Shown one piece after another: positions 1 to 14,199 of a stretch of DNA of 64,000 nucleotides. Where the stretch lies: assembly GCF_009914755.1 (NCBI RefSeq), contig NC_060925.1; one strand, 5' to 3'. Below the pieces are notes generated by a model. It did no database searches and was not told where the DNA came from. It worked only from the letters and a program-made list of their open reading frames with translations. The stretch is from the human T2T-CHM13v2.0 reference genome, Homo sapiens. The stretch's first letter is position 1. Every line of letters begins with the position of its first letter. The position numbers were made by a program, and so were the translations under genes.

Positions 1-1970
1 GCTGTATCCCATAGGTTTTGGTATGTTGTGCTTCCATTATCGTTTGTTTCAATAAGTTTTTCAATTTTCTTCTTAATCTCTTAATTGACCCACTGGTCAT
101 TTGGAAGCACATTGTTTAATTTCCATGTGTTTGTATAGTTTCTAAAATCCCTCTTGTTATTTGATTTCTAGCTTTATTCCATTGTGGTCAGAGAAGATAT
201 GTAATATGATTTCAATTTTTGAATGTTTTAAGACTTATTTTGTGACCTAACATATGGTCTATCCTTGAGAATGATCCATGTGCTAAGGAAAAAAAATGTG
301 TATTCTGCAGCCTTTGGATGAAGTGTTCCATAAATATCTATTAGGTCCATCTGGTCTATAGCGCAGGTTAAGTCCAATGTTTCTTTGTTGATTTTCTGCC
401 TGAATGATCTATTCAATGCTGAGAGTGGGATGCTGAAGTCTCCAGCTATTATTGTATTGGGGTCTATTTCTTTCTTTACTTCTAATAATATTTGCTTTAC
501 ATATCTGGGTGCTCCAGTGTTGGGTGCATATATATTTACAATTTTTATACCCTCTTGCTAATTGACCCCTTTATTATTATATAATGGCATTCTTTGTCTC
601 TATTTATAGTTTTTGTCTTGAAATATGTTTTGTCTGATATAAGTATAGATACTCCTGTTCTTTTTTCTTTTTATTCACTTGGAATATCTTTTTACATTCA
701 TTTATTTTTAGTCTATGTGTGTCCTTATAGTTGAAGTGTGTTTCTTGGAGGCAACAGATTTTTGGGTTTTGATTTTTTTCATTTATTCAGCCACCCTATG
801 TCTTTTGACTGGGAAGTTTAATGCAGTTACAGTCAATGTTATTGATAAGTGAAGACTTACACCTGCCATTTTGTTATTTGTTTTCTGGGTGTTTTGTAGC
901 CTTCTCTTACTTCTTTCTTTCCTTCCTGTCTTCCTTTAGTGAAGGTGATTTTCTCTGGTCTTATGATTTAGTTTCTTACTTTTTATATTTTTTGTATCCA
1001 TTTTATATATTTTTTTGAGATTACCATGAGACTTGCAAGTACTATCTTATAACCCCTTCTTTTGAACTGATGACAACTTAACACTGATTGCATAAATAAA
1101 TAAACAAGCAAAAAGAAAGCTAATTAAACACTGCACTTCAACTTTGTGCCCCCATTTTTAAACTTTTTGTTTGTTTCTATTTATACCTTATTGTACTTTA
1201 TCTGGAAAAGTTGTTGTAGTTCTTATTTTTTATTAGTATTAGTTTATCTTTTCATCTTTCTACTTAAGATATATAGTTTACATGCCACAATTACAGTGTT
1301 ATAATATTCTGTGTTTTTCTGTTTACTTACTATTACCAGTGAGTTTTGTGCCTTCATATGATTTTTTATTATGCATTAATGTCCTTTTCTTTCAGATAGA
1401 AGAACTCTCCTTAGCATTTCTTGGAGGACAGGTCTGGTGTTGATAAAGTCCCTCGCTTTTGTTTGTCTGGGAAAGTCTTTATTTCTCTTTCAGGTCAGAG
1501 GGATTTTTTGCCAGATGTACTATTCTGGGATAAAAATATTTTTCTTTCAGCCCTTTAAATATGTCATGCCACTCTCTCCTGGCCTGTTAGGTTTCCACTA
1601 AAAAATCTGTTGCCAGATGTATTGGAGTTCCATTGTATTTCTTTTTTTTTCTCTTGCTGCTTTTAGGATTCTTTCTTTATTCCTGACCTTAGGGAGTTTG
1701 ATTATTAAATGCCTTGAGGTAGTCTTCTTTGGATTTAATCTGCTTGGTGTTCTATAACCTTCTTGTACATGAATATTGATATCTTTCTCTAGGTTTAGGA
1801 AGTTATTATCTCATTTAATAAACTTTCTACCCCTATATTTTCCTCTGCCTCCTCTTTAAGGCCACTAACTCTTAGATTTGCCCTTTTGAGGCTATTTTCT
1901 AAATTGGTCAGGCATACTTTATTCTTTACTCTTTTTTCTTTTGTCTCATCTGACTGTATTTTCAAATAGC
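1..1970 (-). mobile_element. Old L1 (L1M-type) fragment, ORF1/ORF2 5' region, degenerate
   Basis: Minus-strand ORF 228..416 reads RQKINKETLDLTCAIDQMDLIDIYGTLHPKAAEYTFF, typical of the L1 ORF2 endonuclease region; T-rich antisense L1 sequence continues to about 1970. Confidence 0.85.
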
Positions 1971-2197
1971 TACAGTGTACCTTCTGCTGCCACAGCTGAT
2001 GTGGACATCACCCATATATTTATTTATATTATCTTCATGGATGTGACCAATGATATTGATTATTTTAATAGTTTATTTCTGAAAAGTATATCTCTAAAAG
2101 ATTCTTTCAGCACAGTGTCATTAGTGGCTCCATGACCCTACTGGATTTCACAAGAGCAACCATCTTAAAAGGTTATCCACTAGAGCATATTCCTAAT

Positions 2198-2345
2198 GAA
2201 GCGAAGAAGGAGAAGGAGAAGGAGAGAGAAGGAGAAGGAGAAAGGAGAAGAAGAGGGAAGAGGAGGAAAAAAGAAGAAGGAGAAAGAGGAGAAGGAAAAG
2301 CAGAAGAAGGAGAAGAAGAAGAAGAAAGGAAGAAGAAGAAGAAGA
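2198..2345 (+). repeat. Near-pure purine (GAA/GGA/GAGAAG)n low-complexity tract
   Basis: About 150 nt of almost only A and G, read directly. Confidence 0.95.
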
Positions 2346-2689
2346 TGATTAGCATTTTTCATATGAAAGGATGTTCTCAAATGCACCTGACTTGAAAAAA
2401 AATCACATAGGTACCATCATACCTGCAATATTCCTTCCTAAGCATTCTTATTACTTACCCATCAATCTAACCTCCCAGTCCCACCACTGATTTTCTGTGA
2501 TATCCATCATATCTTTTATGTTTCTCTTCCATGCACAGTCAAGAAAGCTGGGGATTTTTTTAAAAAAAAACATGCTTGTTCTTTTAATGAATTTAATTCA
2601 ATGAATGAAAATTTTTTTTGGTCTCTCATTTGATATTTTGGAAACCAGTATTGGAAACAGAATCCTTTGCTAGAATCCGGAACAGACAT

Positions 2690-2835
2690 GGGAGGGTAAC
2701 ACAGTGGCAACAGCACTGGCTTAGGCATCATGAAGCTTGAGTCTAGTCTCGGCTCTTCTTCTCATTAGTGATATGATCTTGGGTCAGTCACTTCTTTCCA
2801 TTGGACTTTAGTTTCCCCATTTGAAAAACAGAGAA
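2690..2835 (+). mobile_element. MIR SINE fragment
   Basis: MIR core-like gtgatatgatcttgggtcagtcactt...tttagtttccccatttgaaaaa. Confidence 0.6.
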
Positions 2836-4065
2836 AACTCTATCTGTATTACCTATTTTTTTTTTTTTTTTTTAGAAATTCATGAGGTATGTGCATGTTT
2901 TTCCCACCATACCCTAGGTCCTTCACTATCACTTCTGTCTTCATCACTTGCTGGGAAAAAGAGTGATTATAGCTGAGAGGAAAAGGGAGCACTAGGAATT
3001 CTAATCTTAATCTTCCTGTTTTATTTCCAGTCAAGGCTATTCATTATATTAAAGTTTGAATTTTAATTTTAAACAGCATAGTCCTGGGGAAAGGAAAAAA
3101 GGGAAGTTCTATTTTGTATTTAATTTTGCTTGTTAGAGAGCAGAGACTTAGTTACCCCATAGTAAGAGGAATGTCCTTATCCTTAGTGTCATATCCTTCC
3201 CTTGACAGCCCAAACACTCATTAACACAGGCTTCCTGGTATCCATAATAGGAGAGACTCAGAATGAGGTTTATGTGATGTGACTGGTAAATTATATTATT
3301 TGAAACTTTCAGGGCCATGAATTCCTTATGTTTTAGGATGCTGTGTGCTGCTGTGATGTAACATTTATTTTAATGGCCCCAGAAATGCACTGCTCAATAG
3401 TGCAGCAAATTAATGCCATCATCCTGCTTGCCTGAAACTGTAAGAGGCAATTTGAACCACATTTGGTGTTGATAATTATTTTGTAATCTGATTTGCAGAG
3501 TTGGAGCAATTATTGGTATGTAGATAACAAATAAATCTTAATAAGAGATATGGTATTTTTTAGAAGGTCCACCATACCCACGTGGTCACTAGAAGAAGAA
3601 GAAGGAAGGAGGAATATTTATCTGACTCCTTCCGATTTGATTATTTTGACAGTCAGGAAAGTGGCAGAGGAATTCATGAGAGTAAAAGTGAAAAAAGAGA
3701 TTCTACCATATATTCCTTCTATGAATAAAAGTTCATTGGGGAGGTGGAGGTTCACTTTGGTCATTGCAACTTATGACTATTGTAGACTACACTTGGCCTT
3801 CCTAAAACTTAAATCAACTGAAGTGCTTCCCAGAATAGACTCTGATAGGAGCTGCCTTCAGAGATGATTAAACCTCTCAGTAGCTTCCCATGCTGAGACG
3901 GTGGAGCAACCATATAAAGGCACCCTAGATCACTGAGTCTTCCTAGGGAGGGCAGTTGTTCTGTAGAGTTGCCTAGTACTGCGGCTTACCTTTGCACAAG
4001 CAGCAGAAATATTTTTGTGTTAGCATCTGAGTTTTGAGAGGTTGTTTGTTATAGCACCATAACCA

Positions 4066-4435
4066 CATTATTCAGCTCGGCTGCCATAGCAAAATATCAT
4101 AGACTGGGTGGCTAAAACAACAGAAATTTATTTTCCCACAATTCTGGATGCCGGGAAGTCCAAGATCAAACTGCTGGCTAATTCGGTTCCTGTTAGGTGG
4201 TCACCTTCTCCCTCTGTCTTCACTTGGCAAATGGAGAACTCTGGTGTCTGGTCCTCTTCCTATAAGAGCATTAATCCTATAATCAGGATCCCACCTTCAT
4301 CTGAACCCAATCATCTTATCCCAATATCTCCCAAAAGCCCCGTATCTAAATATCATCACATTTGGGATTAGGGCTTCAAAACATGATTCTTGAGGCAGAA
4401 GGGAGGAGTGGTGGGAACACAATTCAGTACATGGC
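4066..4435 (-). mobile_element. MLT1-family MaLR solo LTR
   Basis: ggctgccatagcaaaatatcatagactgggtggctaaaacaacagaaatttatt ... acacaattcagtacatggca resembles antisense MLT1A/B; it sits within an older MLT1-like fragment starting near 3780. Confidence 0.75.
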
Positions 4436-4507
4436 AATCCTGGTTAATTAAGTAATGATTAAGGGATGTTTTAGCATCTTCATACCCCCTAACGAGGATT
4501 CATACTC

Positions 4508-6305
4508 TTTTTTAACTTTTGGGTTCAGGGGTACATGTTCAGGCCTGTTACATGGGTAAATTGCATGTCATGGAGGTTTGGTGTACAGATTATTTTTTTT
4601 CACACAGGTAATAGTCATAGTACCCAACAGGTAGTTTTTCAGTCCTCTCCCTCCTCCCACCCTCCACCCTCAAATAGGTCCCAGTGTTTATTATTCCCTT
4701 CTTTGTGTCCATGTGTATTCAATGTTTAGCCCTCACTTGTAAATGAGAACATGCAGTATTTGATTTTCTGTTCCTGTGTTAGCTTAGGATAATGGCCTCC
4801 AGCTCCAACTATGTTGCTGCAAAGGACATTAACTTATTTTTTTTATGGCTGTGTAGTACCCTATGTGTATGTGTATCACATTTTCTTTATTCAGTCTACT
4901 GTTGATGGGCATTTAGAGTGATTCCATGTCTTGCTATTGTGAATAGTGCTGCAATGAATATATGTGTGCATGTGTCTTTATGACACAATGATTTATATTC
5001 TTCTGGGTATATACTCAGTAATGGAATTGCTGGGTCAAATGGTAGTTCTGTTTTTAGCTCTTTGAGAAATTGCCATACGGCTTTCCACAATAGTTGAATT
5101 CTCACCAACAGTGTATGAGCATTCCCTTATACACTCCCACCAACAGTATGTAAACATTCTCTTTTCTCCACAACCTCATCAGCATCTGTTATTTTTTTAC
5201 TTTTTAATAACAGCCATTCTGACTGGTGTGCGATGGTATCACATTGTGGTTTTAATTTGCATTTCTTTAATGATCATTGATACTGAGCTTTTCTTCGTAT
5301 GCTTGTTTGGCCACATGTATATCTTCTTTTGGAAAGTGTCTGTTCATGTCCTTTGACCACTTTTTAATAGGGTTGTTTGTTTTTCTTGTAAATTTGTTTT
5401 GTTTACTGGATATTAGACCTTTGTCAGATGCATAGTTTGCAAAAATTTTCTTCCATTCTGTAGGCTGCCTCTTCACTGTCTTGATAGTTTCTTTTGCTTT
5501 GCAGAAACTCTTTAGTTTAATTAGATTCCGTTCGTCTATTTTTGCTTTTGTTGTCATTGCTTTTAGCATGTTGGTCATGAAATCTTTGCTTGTTCCTATG
5601 TCTAGAAGGGCATTGTCTAAGTTGTCTTCCAGGGTTTTTATAGTTTTGGGTTTTACATTTAAGTCTTTAATCTGCTTTTGTAAGTAGTATAAGGAAGGGG
5701 TCCAGTTTCTATCTTCTGTATATGGCTAGCCACTTATCCCAGCACAATTTTTTGAACAGGGAGTCCTTTCCCCATTGCTTGTTCTTGTCGACTTTGTTGA
5801 AGATCAACCAGTTGTAGGTATGTGGACTTATTTCTTGGCTCTCTATTCTGTTTCATTGGTCTACATGTCTGTTTTTTGTACCAGTATCGTGCTGTTTTGG
5901 TTACTATATCCCCATGGTATAGTTTGAAGTCAGGTGGCATGATGCCTCCAGCTTTATCCTTTTTGCTTAGGATTGCCTTGGCTATTTGGGCTCTTTTTGG
6001 ACTCCACGTAAATTTTAAAATAGTTTTTTCTAGTTCTGTGAAGAATATCATTGACAGCTTGATAGGAATAACAGTGAATCTATAAATTGCTTTGGGCAAT
6101 ATGGCCATTTTAATGATATCAATTCTTCCTATTCATAAGCATGAAATGTTTTTCTATTTGTGTCATCTCTGATTTTTGAGCAGTGTTTTGTAATTCTCAT
6201 TGCAGAGATCTATCATATCGCTGGTTAGCTGTATGCCTAGGTATTTTATTCTTTTTGTGGCAATTGTGAATGGGATTGTGTTCCTGATTTGGCTCTTGGC
6301 TTGAC
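4508..6305 (-). mobile_element. 5'-truncated L1 (L1PB or old L1PA) 3' end
   Basis: Antisense L1 3'UTR at 4508-4800; minus ORFs give [33 protein letters not shown] and [11 protein letters not shown]. Confidence 0.9.
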
Positions 6306-7254
6306 TATACCACATTTTCTTTATCCAGTCTGCCATTGATGGACATTTAGGTTGATTCCATGTCTTGGCAGTTTATACAAATTTTGACACCAATTTTATC
6401 TCTGCAAATGTTGCCCTGTCTTCTTTGCTATGCTGGAAAATGACTTCAATGGGACTTCTAGCATTATACCCAGAGAAACATGTCATTAACTATCTCCTAT
6501 GGTTTCTAATGTCCAAATGCCCCACTCTCTGTATGAGTCTATCACACTTCCTCATCTTTCATCTGAGTTCTACTCTGAGTGGAGGAAAAGCTAGGACATG
6601 AATGTCTAACCTTTTCACACTATCTTTGTCTCCTTCTCTTTATACCAACCAGGATAGAAAAAATGAGTTTCCACCTTCTCTTCCTGTGTAGCAGATTTCC
6701 CTATGTTACATTCTTGTTTTTTCTAAGGAGACTTTTGTTTTGCTCTCTTCCCCTGGGCCATAAGGGTGAGCACAGGGAGAAAAACTGGCTTTTGATAAGG
6801 GAAAACAGAAATACCTTATCCATGTTTCCACTATGTGTTTATATGTGTAATTATTTTATTAATGTTATATTCACCACTAGGTAATGAGGTACACAAGGAG
6901 AATGATTGAGTCTGTTTTCCTCATATTATATCCCTAGTGACTAGCATATTGCCTAGTACAGAAAAGGAGAGCTATACTTTCCCTTCAGAATGGAGTTGGG
7001 TCTATGCCAGGCAGCTGTTCTTGACCTCCATCCTTTGCTCTCCTCTCCAGTGCATCTTTCAGACTTTTCCTTCCAAGCCTGGCTCAATCGGTACTTCTTC
7101 CATGATCTCCTCAGTTAGAATGAAAAATGCAAAACAACTAGTGTGACAACACTTATCTCATTCTACCTTGACCTAATTGTTTCTATGACTGTTTCCTCAA
7201 CTAGTCACAGAGGGCAGATCCCTGTATTATTCACCCTGTATATCCCTCCCCCTC

Positions 7255-7810
7255 TGTAATGGTTAATTTTAGGTGTCAACTTGACTGGATTGAGGGAAGC
7301 CTCAATAGCTAGTAAAGCATTGTTTCTGAGTGTGTCTGTGTGGGTGTTTCCAGAGGAGATTGACATGTGAGTTGATAGAGTGAGTGAGGAAGATCTGCTT
7401 TCGATGTGGGCAGGCACCATCCAATTGGCTAAGGGCAGATGGAACAAACGGGCAGAAGAAGGGGGAATTCTCTCTCACTCTTGGGGTAGGATACCCTTGT
7501 CCTCCTGCCCTTGGACATCAGAACTCCAGGTTCTTTGGCTTTTGGATTCTGGTACTTGCACCAGTATCCTTCAGGACACTCAGGCCTTTGGCCTTGAACT
7601 GAGAGTTACACAATTGCCTTCCTTGGTTCTGAGGCCTTTGGACTTGGACTGAGCCATGCCTTCCAGAAACTTCAGCTTGCATACGGCCTCTTGTGGGACT
7701 TCTCATCATCCATAATCATGGGAGCCAATTCCCTTAATAAACCCCCTCTCATATATCTAACTATCTATATCCTACTGGTTCTGTTTCTCTGGAAAATGCT
7801 TATTAATACA
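7255..7810 (+). mobile_element. MLT2 (ERVL) solo LTR with 5-bp TSD CCCTC
   Basis: TG...CA termini (tgtaatggttaattttaggtgtcaacttgactgg ... taataca); CCCTC at 7250-7254 and 7811-7815. Confidence 0.85.
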
Positions 7811-10539
7811 CCCTCCTTACCACCATCAATGGTGCCTTGCTCATTGACTGTGGTAGGTGTTTGATAAACATTTGTTGCATTAAAATAAATTCCCACTCTC
7901 ATTTTCTCTCTTTTCTGGCTTCTTAGAAGTAGAACCTGAAGAACCCCGTACTATTTCTACATGAATTTTTATTGTACCTATCAGCAGCATCTTTGATCTG
8001 TTTGCCAGCCTGACATCTGAGAATGTCTAGCATGGTTCTAGCACAGGAAGAGCTCGGCAAATATTCTGTGCTGATAAATAGATAATGAATCACACAAGTG
8101 TCAAGAAAGTTGCCTGGAGTCCCCCACTGGCAAACAGAAGCTGAACTTCTTGTGTGTAGTTTAGCTTCTAATTCACATCTCCTCCTCTCAGGATCCTTTA
8201 GTTCAGCAAGCATTTATTTAGCTCAACGACACAAAGAATAATGCTAATAAAGACAAATTCATGACACTGGTTCAGTAAGAGCACTTGGCCTGGCTCTGTT
8301 CCATGGCCAGAAACTGAACCACCAGCCATAGCCAGCTTACCTTCTAAATGCAGAACCCTATTACAAAGGGTTCAGACAGGAAAATGATATGCCCAAATGT
8401 ATATGCCACAGATGATGGACTTGCAGCATTGCTTTTATGAAAGAAGAAATCTTCCTACTAAATGCATTGCATTCCTGAGAAGAATATTAGCTGAAAATCC
8501 ATTCCACTACCTACTAATTAACCTTAGGGTGGCTAAATCCCTATAGTATTGTATAAACTAGGTCTTTATGCTTGTATCTGGATTATCAAAAGAGCCTCTT
8601 ACTGGTATCCAAGAAAATGGTCACACTGTCCTCCCATCTATCCTCCACACTGCCTCCAGAACTGTTTTTGAAAAACAAACAAACAAGCAAAAGATGTGTC
8701 TGAAAATGAAAGCAACTCTACCAATGGTAGAACAGGCAGGATCCCAGGGTTGAGAGGAAATGTCAAGGGGGTCTAATTTGGTTTCTCACCTCATGCTATG
8801 GAACCTGCTGGATGACTGTTCTTTCTAATCAGTACTCTCCAATGAGAGGAAATTCTCTACTTCCTGAGGTAGCCCATCTTTGACCAAAACCTGCTGTTTG
8901 TCCATGGCAATAAACAAAATACAATGCTTGAGATTAAAATGGCATATTTTTAAACTGAATTAGAATACCTTACAGTCTGTGCTGAATTTTTTACTTTGAA
9001 AGATGAACTGTATTCCAGTTCACTAAAGGTGGACACTCATGCTGCACAATATGAGCTTTTGAGTAGGGAGCTACTGGTTTTAGTCAATAACCTATCAGCT
9101 TCCTTCTTTCTAGTTATCAATCCCTTCCCTACTTACCAAACTGTACTTCTCTCCTCCCCCATTGTCGTGGCCTCCTCATCCCTTACTCTTTCCCCTCCTC
9201 TTCCCCTCTCTCTTTTTCTCTTTCTGTCTGTCTCTCTCTCTGCCTCTCTTTGTGCTGGGACAGCAAGCCTGATGACATTCTTAAGTTATCATTCAGCTTC
9301 CTTGTGATCTGAGTTTAGACCCTGATCACATCAAAGTCCCTGATATCACTGACAGAGCTCTACAAGGGTAGGCAGGACTTTAGCAACCACAAAGAGTTCT
9401 CCATAGAAAGAAGCTTAGTTTAAATTAAATAGCAAATGTAAACATGGCTCCAGAATTAGGCTACAAGGCCTCAACATGTGACTTTAGTGGGTAAAAATGT
9501 CTTAGATGTGGCTGGAAAAGTACTGCCTACATATAAAGTCTTTAGAAAAGTTATTAAGAATATTTATCTGTGAGTATTTATGGGCTTATAAATATTTTTA
9601 ATGATAATGAAAATTATTCTTCCTGGAAGCCTAGGGAGAATGGATGATTACTGCTATTTTTCTCATGTTATAGACATATACATCTATTCTGATCATTTAT
9701 CTTGAATTCTAGAAGAGTTGCTACTCCAGGTGTCATCTTCATGTTTGCTCACAGAATGCAGTATTTGCTTTGCTCAGCAGACCACTGAGCTACATAATTC
9801 TTAGCCAAGTATTATCAATATAAGAACCTAATATGTGCGGGGCATAGTAGAAACTCAAAACTGTGTGTTGAGAAAATGAAAGAATAATGCATGACTATAC
9901 AAAGTTGCATATACTTCTTCACTTCTTCACATAGGCCATAGCCAGGATCACAGGCAGCTCGGTGGACAGTTTCTGTTTCTTATGGTACAGAATGTGCTTC
10001 TAGTTTTCCAGTTGCCTTTTATTTATTTTTTTATCAAGTTTACAAGTGCTCATCTAGTTAAGACAAAGCCCATGCAAAAACATCCTGTCAAGAAAGACAG
10101 TGCTTTGCTTTGAATCCAGTGGTTACTAACAGCAAGTGAGCTGGGATTGGTGCTCACTCCTCTAAGTCTGCTGTTCTGTACTCATGTACTGATACCTGTG
10201 GAAGTGCCCCTGCAGATGATGTGAATCAAGGAGTTCTGGTGTCTATTCTTTGAACCTGCTTTTGTCCTTCTCAACACTTCTGGTGTCATCCACAGAACCA
10301 CAGAAGGGTGACAAGGCCATCTGGGATTTTCCAGAGGGCAGTTATTCAGGTTCTCTTACCTCTGATCCCTCCACCCCAAGTCTTGTTTTTTCCCTTCTTT
10401 TTGCTCAGCAACTGTCTTCAGAGACAGAGGTATCAACTACTTTCTTGAAACTCTGCCTAAAATTCTGTGTGGGAAGAAGGGGTTGTACCACAATTAGTTT
10501 GGAGATGCTCATTACACATACTTCTTTATCCTACCTCAA

Positions 10540-10775
10540 TAGTAGTTACCACTTACTAAGCAATTTATGCATGTTAATTCTTTTATTTGTCATAAAAACT
10601 CGATTATGTATACATACTATTATTATCACCTCTGTTTTACAAATGCAGAAACCCAGGCACAGAGAGATTAAACAACTTTTCAGTGGTCACATAGCTAGTG
10701 ATAGAATTGGAATTTGAATACAGGTAGACTAGTTCTAGAACCTTTGCTTTTAACCTCCATGACATGCTGCCTTTT
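10540..10775 (-). mobile_element. MIR SINE
   Basis: tattatcacctctgttttacaaatgcagaaacccaggcacagagagattaa...ggtcacatagctagt. Confidence 0.75.
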
Positions 10776-11212
10776 TGAGAGATGATGAAAAGTTTGGTTC
10801 TATCTCATATTTATACACATCCCTAAAACCATAGCCATTTATGACTTTTCTTTGCAATAGTCCGCAATCTTCTCCTCTGAGTTAGGCAAGCTGCAATGAG
10901 AGTTTGATTATAGCATTTAAAATGCGTATCCAAGTAAATCTACTACGAGGTGTGAAACCCTTCCCTTGGTTAGCTGATCTGGCAGAATAGTTGATTGTAC
11001 TTAGTATAATGCCAGCAGCCACAGACAGAGAGACATATGACTAAGTATCTCAATTCTGTGGTTCTGGATTTATTTTCAGGAAGAAAAAAAAGGTAGATCC
11101 AATTATGTTCAAACCTGCTGCCTGCTTTCCTTCACCATTGACGAATTGCTAGTCAACCCCTTCTTTTCCCAATCTCTCTTTTTATTGGAATCAAGTCAGC
11201 CTTTACAAGTGA

Positions 11213-11650
<438 letters not shown>

Positions 11651-12187
11651 CGCCTCTCCATCTTTAAGATCTCAGGATGCATAGCCAAGCCCACTGGTGC
11701 AGAAAATTCCTGATATTCAGAATAGACCAGTAAGAGGTACATAAAACTGTGGGTCAAATAGATTTTAAATCATATTCTAAATTTTTCCTCTTCTAATTTG
11801 ACAACTTTGAATGGAGTAGTAGTGAGAATCCCTCACTTGGAAAACACAATCATATGGCCACCATCTCAGAATCCAACAAAACTGCACAATGCCTAAGCAT
11901 AGAATTGAATGGATTGGATTTACAATTGGCTTAGGCCACTCCAATGCAAATGCATTAAAGAGAAAAGAAACACAAAATCAGAATACCAATCCTATATGAC
12001 TCTACTTCTTTGTTCTGGGCATTTCTATATACATTGTCTCTTCTATCCTCCTAATGATCAAATTAGTTAGGTATTATTATCAATGTTTTACAGATAAGAA
12101 AAGTAACAATTATCAAGTTTAAGTAGCCATTCAGGGTTACACTGTTAACTGATGACAGGCAAGATTTGTACCTGGGTTTTTGACCTT

Positions 12188-12559
12188 TGTATTAGGCTGT
12201 TCTCACATTGCTATAAAGAATTACCAGAGACTGAGGAATTTATAAAGAAAAGAGGTTTAATTGGCTCACAGTTCTGCAGGCGTTACAAAAAGCATGGTAC
12301 TGGCATCTGCTCAGCTTCTAGGGAGGACTCAGGAAGCTTACAATCATGTCAAAAGGTGAAGGGGGAGCGAGAGGTGGGGAGGAGGTGCTACACACTTTTA
12401 AATGACCAGATCTCCTAAGAAGTCAGTATCACAAAGATAGACCAAAGCCATGAGAGGTCTGCCCCCATGATCCAAACACTTCCCACCAGGCCCCAACTCC
12501 AAAAATGGGGATTACAATTCAATGAGATTGGGGCAGGGGCAAATATCCAAACTATATCA
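12188..12559 (-). mobile_element. MST-family MaLR solo LTR with TSD ACCTT
   Basis: tgtattaggctgttctcacattgctataaag ... aactatatca; ACCTT at 12183-12187 and 12560-12564. Confidence 0.85.
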
Positions 12560-14199
12560 ACCTTCATTATAGCAATCTCTTGAATTCACAAGTAATTGTT
12601 CAAGGAAGTTTCAAACTGCAATTGATTTTACTGTAAATGCTCTTCAATTAAATACCTTTTTTGAAAAAACAATTATTCTCCATGAAGGTTAGACTAATCA
12701 AATATAATCAGTGGATAATCTACCTGATTAATCTTATCCTTTCCAATTTCAGATAAGCTTTTGTGTAACACTCTGTACATCAAACTGACCCCCATGATTA
12801 AGTGCAACACCACTGGGCTGCTCTGGTTTACAGTCCATATTGCTGAGCTCCTCATCTACAGGATCATCGATCTTGTATTTTTTTTCTACTTTGTATATTG
12901 GGATTTGTGCCAAGAAGATCTTTGAGGATGATGCTAACTAGCTTTCTTTGGAGACCATTACCTTGCCAATAATGCTGATACCTGGCCTTTATAGATATTC
13001 TTCCTAGTTCAGTCTCATGCTGTTTATCTTCACGCAGTGCCAGATTTCTACTACTTGGACTATCGTAGTAACTTCATAAGTGGCCTCTGTGCCTCCAATT
13101 TCTATCCTTTTGTGCTATTACTTTTAATAATAGAATCCCTTCCCCCATAGACTATGCCTTTGGAATAGTCTAAATTTCTTACTATCTATTGCAAACTCAT
13201 GAGATTCTTACACTAATATAATTTTCTGGATGTATTGCCTTCTACTCCATCTCAAGATATTTGTTGTAACCAAACTAGTCCCTGCCATTCCCAGGACATA
13301 TTTTATAATTCCCTTCTCTCACCCTCTTGGCATATGCTGGGTCTCTAATGACCTTGTCCTGTCTCTGTACCTGGTAACATCTATACCTTCTTTGTAACCC
13401 AGCTAAGATTCTGCCTCCTTCATGAGACCTTTCTCAGGCTTTACAAGTCCACATGGTGTCTTCATCTCTATTTCCATAGCATTCTGGATTTTTTTTTTTT
13501 TTACTATTATAGTATTTAATAGTTTCTGTCTTGACTTATAGTTGTTTATAAATATGAGTCAGTCTCACCATTCTGTGACTTCTTTAAAGGAAGGATTATT
13601 TCTTATTCATAGTTGTATCCCCTGCAAAGCTTAGTACAGCACCTTGCTAATAATAGGTATTCAGTAAATGTTTGACAACTTAAATATATTCCAATAAAGT
13701 TAGTTTCTGACTGTGTGACAAAGGTTATAAAATCATCAAAACTGGCTGTTTAAGAAGTAAGAGCAAAATTATTTTTAGATTCTTCTGTTGTACTGACAGA
13801 ATTGTATGTTTGATCAGATGCTTTCTTTAATGTAATTTCTTCTGAAACACCAAATAGCTCATGCAAAGGAACTCACAGCAATCTTCTCCTTATTCTAGAT
13901 GTCACACTTTGTCTGCTTGCTTGATAAGTATTTCAGCATCCTTTGAATAAAAGCAAACTAACTTGCCTTAAATAACCTGAATAAAGTCCATTCTAATGCT
14001 TTGTTATGATCTTTTGGCTTGTAGAAACTGAGTTGTTCTCTAAAGTGTCACTAAGATAAAATTCATTTCACAAAATTTATTCCCCCTTGAATTGAATCCA
14101 TTCAATTGATTCAATATTCACCCTTTGCCTTCCTCCAGATTTTCTTCTTTCTTTCCATTTTCCACGTCTAGTTATAAGAAAGCTTGCTTGAATGAGAAA

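Noticed and set aside
2132-2395. E/K/R-rich and F/S-rich ORFs
   Set aside because: By-products of the purine microsatellite.
10250-10717. 155-aa ORF
   Set aside because: TTG start, no recognisable domain, and the 3' part runs through a MIR.
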